Origin: Thermodesulfobacteriota bacterium
GTDB taxonomy: Bacteria; Desulfobacterota; Desulfarculia; JACQYL01
DNA: 64,000 nucleotides
Assembly (NCBI GenBank): GCA_963675595.2
Contig: CAXXLZ010000002.1
Coordinates: 4,544,001-4,608,000 of the forward strand
Direction: 5' to 3'
This document shows, in pieces, positions 22,568 through 31,549 of this stretch; position 1 is the first letter of the stretch; every line of letters begins with the position of its first letter. Both the position numbers and the translations under genes were made by a program. A model generated the notes under the pieces. It saw only the letters and a program-made list of their open reading frames with translations, made no database searches and was not told the origin of the DNA.

Positions 22568-23179
22568 TTGCCCGCCGCCATTCGTTCCGTTTTTTTGATC
22601 GCGCTGCCGTTCTTGTTTTATTTTCTGGCGCGGACTTTCGGGGTCCGCACGGCGGCTCTGGTACTGCTTCTTGGAGCTGTGGGAAACCTGATTCTTCAGG
22701 CCGCCAAAGACCGCACCCTTCTGACATACGCTCTGACGACCGCTCTGTTGGTTGTGGCTCTAAACCTTCTCGGGCTGTTCCTGGAACGGGAGATTTACGT
22801 CCGTTTGATTCCCCTTGCACTCGGTTCCAACTTCTTTTTTCTCTTTTTCCGTTCCCAGTTCCGGGACCTCACCTTGGTGGAGCGCATGGCCGGACTCCGG
22901 AAGGATTTGAGCGCGGAAGAGCGGGCTTACTGCCGGAGGCTGAATTTGGTTTGGTGCTGTGTCATCGCCGCCGTCCTCGCCCTGGTCGTCTGGGCCGCGT
23001 TTTTCGCCTCACTTCAAACCTGGGCCATGGTGACCGGCGGATGGACCTACGTTATCATGGGGATCGTATTTGCGGTGGAATATCCGGTGCGGAAATGGAA
23101 GTTCGACGATTATGGTCCGGGTCTCCTGGATCGGGTATTGAAAAGAATTCTGATTCCTCTGAAACACCGATTGGGCTGA
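22568..23179 (+). CDS. membrane protein (COG4648/ApeG-like)
   Basis: Multi-TM; LVERMA, AYCRRLNLVW, EYPVR. Confidence 0.7.
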   Translation: MPAAIRSVFLIALPFLFYFLARTFGVRTAALVLLLGAVGNLILQAAKDRTLLTYALTTALLVVALNLLGLFLEREIYVRLIPLALGSNFFFLFFRSQFRDLTLVERMAGLRKDLSAEERAYCRRLNLVWCCVIAAVLALVVWAAFFASLQTWAMVTGGWTYVIMGIVFAVEYPVRKWKFDDYGPGLLDRVLKRILIPLKHRLG

Positions 23180-23236
23180 AAACCGACCGGCGCGACGCGC
23201 AATCGGGTACGTACGGGGAAACTAGGATCGGGCTTC

Positions 23237-23704
23237 ATGAACTTGAGACAGCTCAAAAAGAAGATCATGCTGTGTCGTTGCTCCAAATCGGTGCGGCTCA
23301 CCGTGCCTTTCAACGATGTGGATATGATGGGCGTGGTTTGGTTCGGCAACTATTATCGCTATTTCGAAGCGGCCCGATCGGCTCTCTGCCGAGAACTGAA
23401 ACTGGATTTCGAAGATATGAGCGAGGCGGGATATGAGCTTCCCGTGGTTCGTTCCGAATGCAACTACCGCAAGCCCGCTCGATACAATGAGGAAATCGAG
23501 ACCGAAATCTTTCTGGTGCCGCCCGACCGTGCGATGATCGGGTTTCTTTACGTAGTGCGCAAAGGGGATGAAGTGCTGGCCTTCGGCACGACCGAGCACT
23601 TGGTGTGCCGCAATGGAGAACCTTTGCTGGTCTGGGACGAGCAGGTGAAGCGGAGGCTTCCGCCGGAGCTGTTCCCGGCTTCCCGGCCCAAGGAACGTGG
23701 ATGA
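23237..23704 (+). CDS. acyl-CoA/ACP thioesterase (YbgC/ApeK-like)
   Basis: VPFNDVDMMGVVWFGNYYRYFEAAR. Confidence 0.88.
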   Translation: MNLRQLKKKIMLCRCSKSVRLTVPFNDVDMMGVVWFGNYYRYFEAARSALCRELKLDFEDMSEAGYELPVVRSECNYRKPARYNEEIETEIFLVPPDRAMIGFLYVVRKGDEVLAFGTTEHLVCRNGEPLLVWDEQVKRRLPPELFPASRPKERG

Positions 23705-23834
23705 TCGTCCATGGTCCCTGGAATCGTCGGCACCCGTAGGTTGCGATGGGCATCACCGACTGGTCGCAATAATTCGAAAGGTGCTGAAAGTGCGCGGCCG
23801 TCAAGGATCGCGTTTATCGAAGGAAGAATAGCAT

Positions 23835-24476
23835 ATGAATCGGCTCATTCGTACCATGTCGTCTGTTTTGGGATCCGGAAACATTTCGCGATTCCTGATT
23901 GCTTTGTTGCCGACGATCATCCTTTGCGGTCCGGTTCCGTGCCTGGGAGCGGAGGGCAAGGACCTGGTGCGATGGTACAAAGAGAAGAACCGTGGATTGG
24001 TCGCGGTGAAAGCGGACGTCAAGCAGGTGCGGCGGTTGCCCTTTCTTGAGAAATCCCTGGTATCCGAGGGAAGCATGTCCCTGGACGGAGAACGACTGAT
24101 TTGGCGGATGGAGCGTCCCGAAAAGACGGTCTATGACGTGGAGGGACAATCGCTGACCATACGGTACGAGGATCTGGGTACGGAAAAGACCGTGGATCTA
24201 AGACAAGAGCCCGTTATGTGGGCCGTATTCCGTAATTTGAGGGACATCTTGTCCGGACGCTTGGAGACGCTCCTGCCTTTCTTCTCGCTTACTCAGAAAC
24301 CCGATAAGAAGCTCCTGGTGCTGACACCCAGGCATGAAAGTCTCGTGCCCCTGAAGACCATTCGGATTTTGTTGGGCGGCGAGGCGGTGCTTCGTGCCGT
24401 TCGTTTCGACGGCCTGGAGGAGGACTGGACCGAAATCCAATTCTCCAATGTGCACCGAACCTTCCGAAAACCGTGA
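23835..24476 (+). CDS. LolA-like periplasmic lipid carrier (ApeL-like)
   Basis: Signal peptide; Q-x-R-x-LPFL...LVSEG, LIWRMERP, TEIQFSN. Confidence 0.75.
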   Translation: MNRLIRTMSSVLGSGNISRFLIALLPTIILCGPVPCLGAEGKDLVRWYKEKNRGLVAVKADVKQVRRLPFLEKSLVSEGSMSLDGERLIWRMERPEKTVYDVEGQSLTIRYEDLGTEKTVDLRQEPVMWAVFRNLRDILSGRLETLLPFFSLTQKPDKKLLVLTPRHESLVPLKTIRILLGGEAVLRAVRFDGLEEDWTEIQFSNVHRTFRKP

Positions 24477-24482
24477 GGTTCC

Positions 24483-26804
24483 ATGCGGCTCGGCCCCCGA
24501 TCCGGAGCCCTCTTGCTTCTCGTGTTGTTCTCCTTGGGCTCGATGGGGATTTGGGCTCTGGCCCCGAGACGTTTCACGACCGACCTCCTGGAGCTGTTCC
24601 CTCCCCAGTCCGCCTTCATACGGGATTCGCGGGTTCTGGCCTCCTTCGAACCCGTGGGTAAGGTGCTACTGGACGTCTACGCCAAACTACCCGTGCCTCC
24701 CGAGCGTCTGGCGACATTTCAGGACCGGGTCGTCCAACGGCTTGAAGGGGTACCGGAGATCCGACGGCTCGACTATTCTTCGAGAGATGAGAGATACGTC
24801 GATCTGGTACGCTTCTACATGGAACACCGGGAAGTATTGGTGGATATGGTCCGCGATCCGTTGATGTTTTTCGACCGGGACATGGAGAACCTGCGGGACT
24901 TGATGGAGGAGTGGAAAAGAAGATTGGCCGGGCCCGCCGGGTTTGAGGCGGTCTATGCTTTTCGCCGGGATCCCTTAGACCTTTTCCCCAATGTGCGCGA
25001 ATTTTTTGACCGGCTCCGCCCCGATGGATTTACATTTGTGGACTTTCACGGGAGGTTCTTGTCCGAGGACGGCCGTCATTTGCTCTGTTTCGTGGTTCCT
25101 TCGGTCGCAATGCTGGATCTGGACGGGGCCGACAGGTTGTTTGAGCGGCTCGAACGGGCCGTTTCGCAGGTGGAAGCATTGCCGGACTCGGAGGGAATCG
25201 CCGGCAGATTCGTGGGCCAGGTGAACTACGTGGTGGAAAACGCTCGACGTACCCGCTCGCAAGTCACTTGGGTCATGGTGCTCTCACTGGCCGGATTGTG
25301 CCTGATTTACGTGGGCTTTCTGAAGAGCATGAAACTGCTGCTGTTGACGGGGCTCTGCGTCGGTTTATCGCTGTGGCCCGCCCTGGGCCTGACCAGCCTT
25401 GTTTTCCGCGAAGTGCACCTAATCGGTGTTGCTTTCGGCACGGTCATCGCGGGCATCGCCGTGGATTATGCGATCCACTATTACGTTCATGCGGCATCGC
25501 CCACGGACCGACACGCCTTTCGGAGGCGTCGTCGGGCGGTGTTTCTCGGCATGGCGACCACATGCCTGGGTTTCGTGCTTCTCATGGCCGGCTCCTTTCC
25601 CCTGATTGAGCAGATGGCCTTTTTGGCTTTCATGGCGATCTTGTTCGCCTATGTACTGATTCTTGCCGTATTTCGGTGGGTATTTCCCTTGAAGTTCAGC
25701 GAGGACGCGACGGAGGAAGACGAAACCACGGAGTATGGCGGCAAGGGAGCGCGTCCGCTGCTATACGGCGCTGCGGTGTTGCTTCCGCTGCTCGTGCTCG
25801 GGGTGTCGGCCTCCCGTTTCGACACAAACCTTAAGAACCTGGATTTTCCGCACCCGGAACTGGAACGGGTCGAACGGGAAATACGGGAGGCTTACGGTTT
25901 GAACAGACAACCCGGGGTGCTTCTGTTGGAGGGAGAATCGCTGGAAGATGTGCTCGATTTGTCTCAACGGCTGGATGAGGCTCTGGGTGAGGAAAACGAC
26001 GCTTTGTTGCCGTCCCGGCTGCAACCCCCTCTTCCCGTCCAGAAAGAGCGCCGACACCGTATCTCCATGGTGGATTGGACGGCCTTGGAGGCTCGGACGG
26101 AAGCCGTTGGATCACTGGAAGGGTTTACCCGAGGGGCTTTCAGCCCCTTCTTCGAGGAAATGAAACGCAAAGCTCGTACTTTTGAAGCCGTGATTCCGGA
26201 GGCCAACCCGTTCCTGGATATTCATCGCCTGCTCGTAGAGTTTGATTCGCGAAATTACGGTCTTGGATTGATCGGACCGGCGAGCGAAAAACGAGCGGAG
26301 GATTGGGTCCGGGCGAATGCACCGGACCGGGCTGGGTTCTTCGACCCTGCGACCGGGTTCGCCAAGGAACTATCCGCTCTCAAGTCTCGGTTCGCCTTTC
26401 TGCTTTTCCTGGACGTTCTGGTTGTCTTCGGGCTTTTGGCCCGGGCGTTTCGTTCTCCGGTCCGAGCCGCTTCGGCGGTGATGCCGGCCTTGGGAGGCGT
26501 GGCCGCAGCGCTGCTTTTTTTCGCCGGAACCGGGACGGCTTTAAATCTGTTTCATTTGATCAGCTTGGTGGTGGTGGTTTCCGCCGGTGTTGATTATGGA
26601 ATTTTCGCAGTGGAGTCGGGGCCTCACTTCAAGGCCGCCCGCAAGGGGATCCTTGCGGCATCCGCCACGACCCTCTTCACTTTCGGCGTGTTCGCGTTGT
26701 TTTCGAATCCGGCGCTCAAATCCATAGGATTGACCGTGCTCACCGGGATCGGAACATCCGTAGTTGTGTCTCTATGCATGGGTAAACGAGAGAGAAGCGC
26801 ATGA
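24483..26804 (+). CDS. MMPL/RND-family lipid exporter (ApeM-like)
   Basis: Two repeats with GIAVDYAIH and GVDYGIF motifs; ~12 TM segments. Confidence 0.85.
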   Translation: MRLGPRSGALLLLVLFSLGSMGIWALAPRRFTTDLLELFPPQSAFIRDSRVLASFEPVGKVLLDVYAKLPVPPERLATFQDRVVQRLEGVPEIRRLDYSSRDERYVDLVRFYMEHREVLVDMVRDPLMFFDRDMENLRDLMEEWKRRLAGPAGFEAVYAFRRDPLDLFPNVREFFDRLRPDGFTFVDFHGRFLSEDGRHLLCFVVPSVAMLDLDGADRLFERLERAVSQVEALPDSEGIAGRFVGQVNYVVENARRTRSQVTWVMVLSLAGLCLIYVGFLKSMKLLLLTGLCVGLSLWPALGLTSLVFREVHLIGVAFGTVIAGIAVDYAIHYYVHAASPTDRHAFRRRRRAVFLGMATTCLGFVLLMAGSFPLIEQMAFLAFMAILFAYVLILAVFRWVFPLKFSEDATEEDETTEYGGKGARPLLYGAAVLLPLLVLGVSASRFDTNLKNLDFPHPELERVEREIREAYGLNRQPGVLLLEGESLEDVLDLSQRLDEALGEENDALLPSRLQPPLPVQKERRHRISMVDWTALEARTEAVGSLEGFTRGAFSPFFEEMKRKARTFEAVIPEANPFLDIHRLLVEFDSRNYGLGLIGPASEKRAEDWVRANAPDRAGFFDPATGFAKELSALKSRFAFLLFLDVLVVFGLLARAFRSPVRAASAVMPALGGVAAALLFFAGTGTALNLFHLISLVVVVSAGVDYGIFAVESGPHFKAARKGILAASATTLFTFGVFALFSNPALKSIGLTVLTGIGTSVVVSLCMGKRERSA

Positions 26805-27451
26805 GATTCAAGTTTTCAGGAAGGTACGCTGCGACCGTGTTGGGGATCCATCTCCTGACTCTTGCGGGCTGCGCCCTTCCCGTTGGGGAGGCTTCCAGGC
26901 CCGTGGTCTACGAATCCGTTCGAATTCAGCTTCTTTCGTTGACCGTGGGAGAAGAAACACGGGTGATGCGGGCGGTGCTCCTGACCGGCCGTTCGGGTTT
27001 CTCCCTGATGCTTTCGGGGGAGTTCGATCTACCTCTGCTTGAATTGACCGTGGACAGGGACGGGTTACGCGTCGAAAGGGCCATGCAGGGAATTCCGGAT
27101 GGTTTGGCGCACTTGGCGGCACGGGACATTTATCTGTCCTACTTTGCCGGCGGATTACCCGAAAAGGGAAATTTCACTTTCACCCAAGGGTCGAAACGGA
27201 CTATGAGGATTTCCGTGGATCCCTCCGGAATCGAGAAGCGGATCACCTTTTCCAACGGTGAATCCCTGCTTATCCGAATGGAGCGAAAAGGCGACGAATA
27301 CCCTGTGGTTCGCCTCGACCACGACGAGCCCTCCTACCACCTCAGCATTCTGACCTTGAAAGAATTTCCCTATATCCCTACATTGGGGAGAAATACTGAA
27401 GTGGAATCCATTTTTCAGCAGGAGGAAAATAATGAAAGTGAAACACATTGA
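26801..27451 (+). CDS. lipoprotein (DUF3261/ApeN-like)
   Basis: Lipobox LAGC; follows the MMPL gene as in APE clusters. Confidence 0.55.
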   Translation: MRFKFSGRYAATVLGIHLLTLAGCALPVGEASRPVVYESVRIQLLSLTVGEETRVMRAVLLTGRSGFSLMLSGEFDLPLLELTVDRDGLRVERAMQGIPDGLAHLAARDIYLSYFAGGLPEKGNFTFTQGSKRTMRISVDPSGIEKRITFSNGESLLIRMERKGDEYPVVRLDHDEPSYHLSILTLKEFPYIPTLGRNTEVESIFQQEENNESETH

Positions 27452-27836
27452 TCACATCGGGATCGCTGTAAAAGATTTTGGGGTTGCAAGGAAGTTCTAC
27501 GAAGAGCATCTTGGTTTGAAGCTCACCGAGCTGGAAACCGTAGAGGATCAGAAGGTTACGGTGGCTTTTTTCCCCATCACCGACAGTGAACTCGAACTGC
27601 TGGAATCCACCGCGCCCGACGGACCGGTGGCCAAGTATATCGATAAGAAGGGTGAAGGCATTCAGCACATCGCTTTTCGCGTGGAAAATCTTGATGAGGC
27701 TTTGGCCGAGCTCAAGGCCAAAGGAGTCAAGCTGATCGACGAAACGCCCAGGGACGGAGCCGGCGGGGCACGCATTGCGTTTATCCATCCCAAGGAGTCC
27801 AACGGTGTGTTGGTGGAACTCTGCGAACGTGACTAA
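27432..27836 (+). CDS. mce: methylmalonyl-CoA epimerase
   Basis: IDHIGIAV, ELLE, GEGIQHIAFRV, AFIHPK..NGVLVELCE. Confidence 0.9.
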   Translation: MKVKHIDHIGIAVKDFGVARKFYEEHLGLKLTELETVEDQKVTVAFFPITDSELELLESTAPDGPVAKYIDKKGEGIQHIAFRVENLDEALAELKAKGVKLIDETPRDGAGGARIAFIHPKESNGVLVELCERD

Positions 27837-27896
27837 GGGTTGATTTCAGAACTTCTGCTTGCTTTGGGGGAGCTTGGCTGAGCTCCCCTGCCGGTC

Positions 27897-29204
27897 GTGT
27901 GGATCACTGAGAAGGGACGCGCGATCCATCCAGCATCATTCCGGAGATTAAGTGCAGTGACAGCCCAGTATCAAAAGAAGCTCGGAGAACTGGCCAAAGA
28001 GGTGATTTCGGTGTTGGTGGCGCTCAGTAAGCAGGGAGTGCCGCTCACCGCTGAGACCCTGGCCAAGAGCATGGAGGAACGGCCCGGCGTCGACCGGGTC
28101 CTTTATCAGGTTTCCAAACTGCGGCCCATGAACGGATGGGAGGCGTTCGAAGGGAGCGCAAAGGAATTGGAGCCGTGGGTGGAAAGGCTGCGACAGGCTT
28201 TGGAGCGGGTGGTGAACCATCTGCAGTTGCCGGAGAATTCGGTCTTTTCCATGCGGGTTCATAAACTGGGCCGAAAGCTTGCCCAGAGCATGACACTGCA
28301 CGAGCTTGACCGGGTGGAGAACCAGGTCCAGGAGCTTCTGAGGGATTTCAGGGACGAGATTTCGAAAGAGCAACAGAAGCTCACCGAGTTGCTCTACGAA
28401 GTGGCTCTGGACCTTGTGGAAACGGAGAGGGAATATATTTCCAACTTGGTCAGGGAGAATGAACATCTGGAGGGAGGCAAGTTTTTCGCCGAAGAGGTCG
28501 ACCGAAACGTTACGGATATAGAGGCCTCAATTTGGCAGGAAGACGGGTTCGGCAAGCTGCGTGAACTCGTTCGGGACCGTATCAGGTCGGTTCGACAGGC
28601 GATCATGGATCGACGCATGAAAGAGGAGGAACTCGCCCGGGAATTCCAGGAAAAGATGTCGGTTCTTCGAGGTCAGATGGAAGTGAGCAATAAGGAACTT
28701 ATCGACATCCAGCGGAAGGCCGAAGAAGACCCTCTGACGGGTTTGCTGAATAGGAGGGCCTTGAACCGTCGACTAAAAACGCTCCTTGACGAGGTCGAGA
28801 GAACGGGACCCAATGGGGCCTGCATCATGATGGACATTGATTGGTTCAAGAAAGTCAATGATCGGTATGGACATTTGAACGGCGACAAGGTGCTGACGGC
28901 CATCGGTGCATGCCTGAAATCCAATCTGAAACCTAAAGACGCGGCGTGCCGATACGGTGGTGAAGAATTTTCGATCCTGCTTCCCGAAGCCAATCTGGAG
29001 GAAGCTTTCAGGATAGCGGATCATCTGAGAGAAAAGGTGAAGAAGCTGGAATTCGTATACAAGGGTGAGAAAATTCCCGTGACGATCAGCGGCGGAATAA
29101 CGGATTTCAGGAAAGGCGACACGGCCGAGGAAGTGCTTCAACGGGCGGACAAGGCTCTTTACGAGGCGAAGAGGGAAGGCCGGGACCAAATACGGGTCGG
29201 GTGA
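27897..29204 (+). CDS. diguanylate cyclase with N-terminal coiled coil
   Basis: DPLTGLLNRR, DIDWFKKVND, RYGGEEF, ADKALYEAK. Confidence 0.92.
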   Translation: MWITEKGRAIHPASFRRLSAVTAQYQKKLGELAKEVISVLVALSKQGVPLTAETLAKSMEERPGVDRVLYQVSKLRPMNGWEAFEGSAKELEPWVERLRQALERVVNHLQLPENSVFSMRVHKLGRKLAQSMTLHELDRVENQVQELLRDFRDEISKEQQKLTELLYEVALDLVETEREYISNLVRENEHLEGGKFFAEEVDRNVTDIEASIWQEDGFGKLRELVRDRIRSVRQAIMDRRMKEEELAREFQEKMSVLRGQMEVSNKELIDIQRKAEEDPLTGLLNRRALNRRLKTLLDEVERTGPNGACIMMDIDWFKKVNDRYGHLNGDKVLTAIGACLKSNLKPKDAACRYGGEEFSILLPEANLEEAFRIADHLREKVKKLEFVYKGEKIPVTISGGITDFRKGDTAEEVLQRADKALYEAKREGRDQIRVG

Positions 29205-29385
29205 ATGCGGGTCCCGTACGGGAGACTTTTTCGCGGAAAGCCGAGGGACGTTTCTTCGGCGCCGTCGGTACGGTCGGACACGATGGAACCGATGGTGACC
29301 GCCTTCCTGCGAAACTCGGATACCCTCTTCCGATGGTCGGCATGGAAGGGGGTTCGTGCGGCTTTGAGCGCGGAGTCTCGGACAA

Positions 29386-29625
29386 TCAGGAACCGGCCGT
29401 GTCGAAGGCTCCCTGTTCAATATTCTCTGCGATGTCCTTTAACGCTTTGGAGGTGAAATCCTTCCCTTGTTGCCGGATCATCAGAGTGGCGCCGAAAATC
29501 ACGAGTGAAGGGGCGATCTGAAGGAGGAGTTCCGAATCTCCCGAATTTCCGAATCGCTCGATTACGGGTTGGATCGCGTCGAGTAGCGCGGTTGCCACCT
29601 GTTCGTTGGGACCTTTTTCCGTCAT
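29386..29625 (-). CDS. small hypothetical protein (79 aa)
   Basis: GAGAGGA RBS; protein-like helical composition. Confidence 0.6.
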   Translation of the reverse strand: MTEKGPNEQVATALLDAIQPVIERFGNSGDSELLLQIAPSLVIFGATLMIRQQGKDFTSKALKDIAENIEQGAFDTAGS

Positions 29626-29764
29626 ATTCTTCCTCTCTTTTCTCCGGGCTTACGGCCCGATATCCCTTCCCAAAAGATGTCCGTTTCATGAGGCCCCCCA
29701 TTATGGGAGCCGGGAAGCATGATACGCCTTCGGACCGGCAAGCTCAAGGCAAGTCCGGACAGGC

Positions 29765-31497
29765 CAGCGATTCTCGGTGTTGAGAATTTGGGTGTGTTTA
29801 GGGAGATTTTGCCTTTGTAGAGATGCGAGGATAGGTGGAACGAGGGTCCGATTTTGCGCATGAGAGGGGAAAAAGCGTGGTGAGGCAGAGGGAAGACCGG
29901 AGTTTTTTGGACCGAAGGCGCACCGGTCCCATCAAAGTTCGGACCTTTGTTTGTGACCGATGGGTTATAGGAGGCCTTTTCGCCTCAGGGGGGACGGGCG
30001 CTTTCGGGGTCCAGGACCAAAGCCAACAGGTCTTCCCACGACTCGAATACCAGAATCCGGATCGTGCAACGCAGCTGATTCCAGTACTCGGTTCGAGCAC
30101 TGAATCCCGCCCGGCATTTTTGGTACAAGGGGTCCGTCAACTCGAAAATCTGATGGAAGAAAAAAGCCACCAAGTTCAGAAGGAAAAAGACGTAAGAGAG
30201 TTGATTCTTGCCGTGACCGAAATTGTGCTCGATATGATACCCTTGGTTCTTCAGTGTATTGAATCCTTCGTTTTCGATTTTCCATCGGGCTCTGCCGATC
30301 CTGACCAGTTCCGCCACGTTTTCCGCGTCAACCGGCATGTCCGTGACCCAGCTGTTCCGGTAGGTGATCTTTCCTCCATTCTCCAGACGGTAGGCAAAAA
30401 AATGGAGGTCGGGGGCATCTTCGTTTCCGTTGAGAGGCACGCCATGGACCCATTCGTAGCTATGCACCCGTTTCTTGTCGTCGGTGATCTCCAGGCCCGC
30501 GATCTCTTGCATCCCCCGGAGTTCTTCGATCCACTCGAAGAGCACTTTGTGGTCCGCGGGTTTGGCGACCAGCACAAAGGACATGCTCGCCCGCTTCAGC
30601 TCGGCGATGAAAGGCTGTTTGGAATACAGTCCGTCACCGCCGATAATGATGTTGAGTTTGGGATGGTCCCGGCGGATGGCTTTCAATATCCGCTTCCCCG
30701 CGTTGATCTCACAATCCTGTTTTTGGACTCCATCCTTGTTCTGGATCGATTCCGGAGCCAAAGGCACGACTTGACGGCGATCCGGGTGGACCAGAGCCGC
30801 TTGCAGGATTTGATGGTGGTAGCGAATCCGTCCTTTGGAGGATTTTTGAACTAGACATCCGGGACAATGGATGGTTTCCGAGGAGAAATATTCCGACCCG
30901 TCGATCACAATGAGGTATCGGCCATCGAGAACCTGAAACGATTCCAGATGCTTGCCTCGCTGCAAGCGTCGGAAGAAATCGGAGAAGACGGCCTTGATCT
31001 CTCCCGGATCACTCGCGTCGATCACGTCCCGCAGTTGCGTGTCCCCGGGCATCTCCGTCACGGAGAACAAGGTCTTGAGGTTGTCGCGGTGAGTCCGTTC
31101 CTTCAGTCTGCGTTGGAACTGCAGGAGCGAGGGGTCCTGAAAGTACATCATGGCAAAGGCGCTCATCAGACAATCGTGCAAAGAATAAACCGTCCGTCCC
31201 CCTCGCGGGTCCCCGACCTGCTCGAACCGACGGGACAGCGCCTTTCTCAAAGACACGAAGCTGAGGTGCTTCTTCATGTGCACCCTGGTAACCTCTACAT
31301 ATAGTATTCAATCTAATAAAGGCTACCATATATACACCAAAAGATCTACTTTAATTTCATACCTAATTCCAATAGGTTATGATCCTTCCGAAAGAAGGCT
31401 GTACTCGAACCGGCATCGCCGCTTTACGAAAAAATATTCTCGAATCAGCCTTATGTCCCTCGGCTTCGCCGACTATCTTTTTCACCGGGAATTGCTG
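29765..31497 (-). mobile_element. complete insertion sequence, ISNCY family (ISDol1-like), 1733 bp
   Basis: 15-bp terminal IRs (13/15): CAGCGATTCTCGGTG and revcomp CAGCAATTCCCGGTG; 9-bp DR CGGACAGGC at 29756-29764 and 31498-31506. Confidence 0.88.
29985..31283 (-). CDS. DDE transposase
   Basis: IDGS, KQDCEINAGKR, GDGLYS, GRARWKIENEGFNTLKNQGY. Confidence 0.93.
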   Translation of the reverse strand: MHMKKHLSFVSLRKALSRRFEQVGDPRGGRTVYSLHDCLMSAFAMMYFQDPSLLQFQRRLKERTHRDNLKTLFSVTEMPGDTQLRDVIDASDPGEIKAVFSDFFRRLQRGKHLESFQVLDGRYLIVIDGSEYFSSETIHCPGCLVQKSSKGRIRYHHQILQAALVHPDRRQVVPLAPESIQNKDGVQKQDCEINAGKRILKAIRRDHPKLNIIIGGDGLYSKQPFIAELKRASMSFVLVAKPADHKVLFEWIEELRGMQEIAGLEITDDKKRVHSYEWVHGVPLNGNEDAPDLHFFAYRLENGGKITYRNSWVTDMPVDAENVAELVRIGRARWKIENEGFNTLKNQGYHIEHNFGHGKNQLSYVFFLLNLVAFFFHQIFELTDPLYQKCRAGFSARTEYWNQLRCTIRILVFESWEDLLALVLDPESARPP

Positions 31498-31549
31498 CGG
31501 ACAGGCAAGTCCGGGTGGGAGGTTTGCGGGCTTCTCACGAGGAAGTCCG

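Noticed and set aside
29835-30854. 339-aa plus-strand ORF
   Set aside because: Antisense shadow of the transposase, with no recognisable motifs.
31379-31549. N-terminal extension of the amidohydrolase ORF
   Set aside because: Runs through the IS terminal repeat; a better RBS and ATG lie at 31550.
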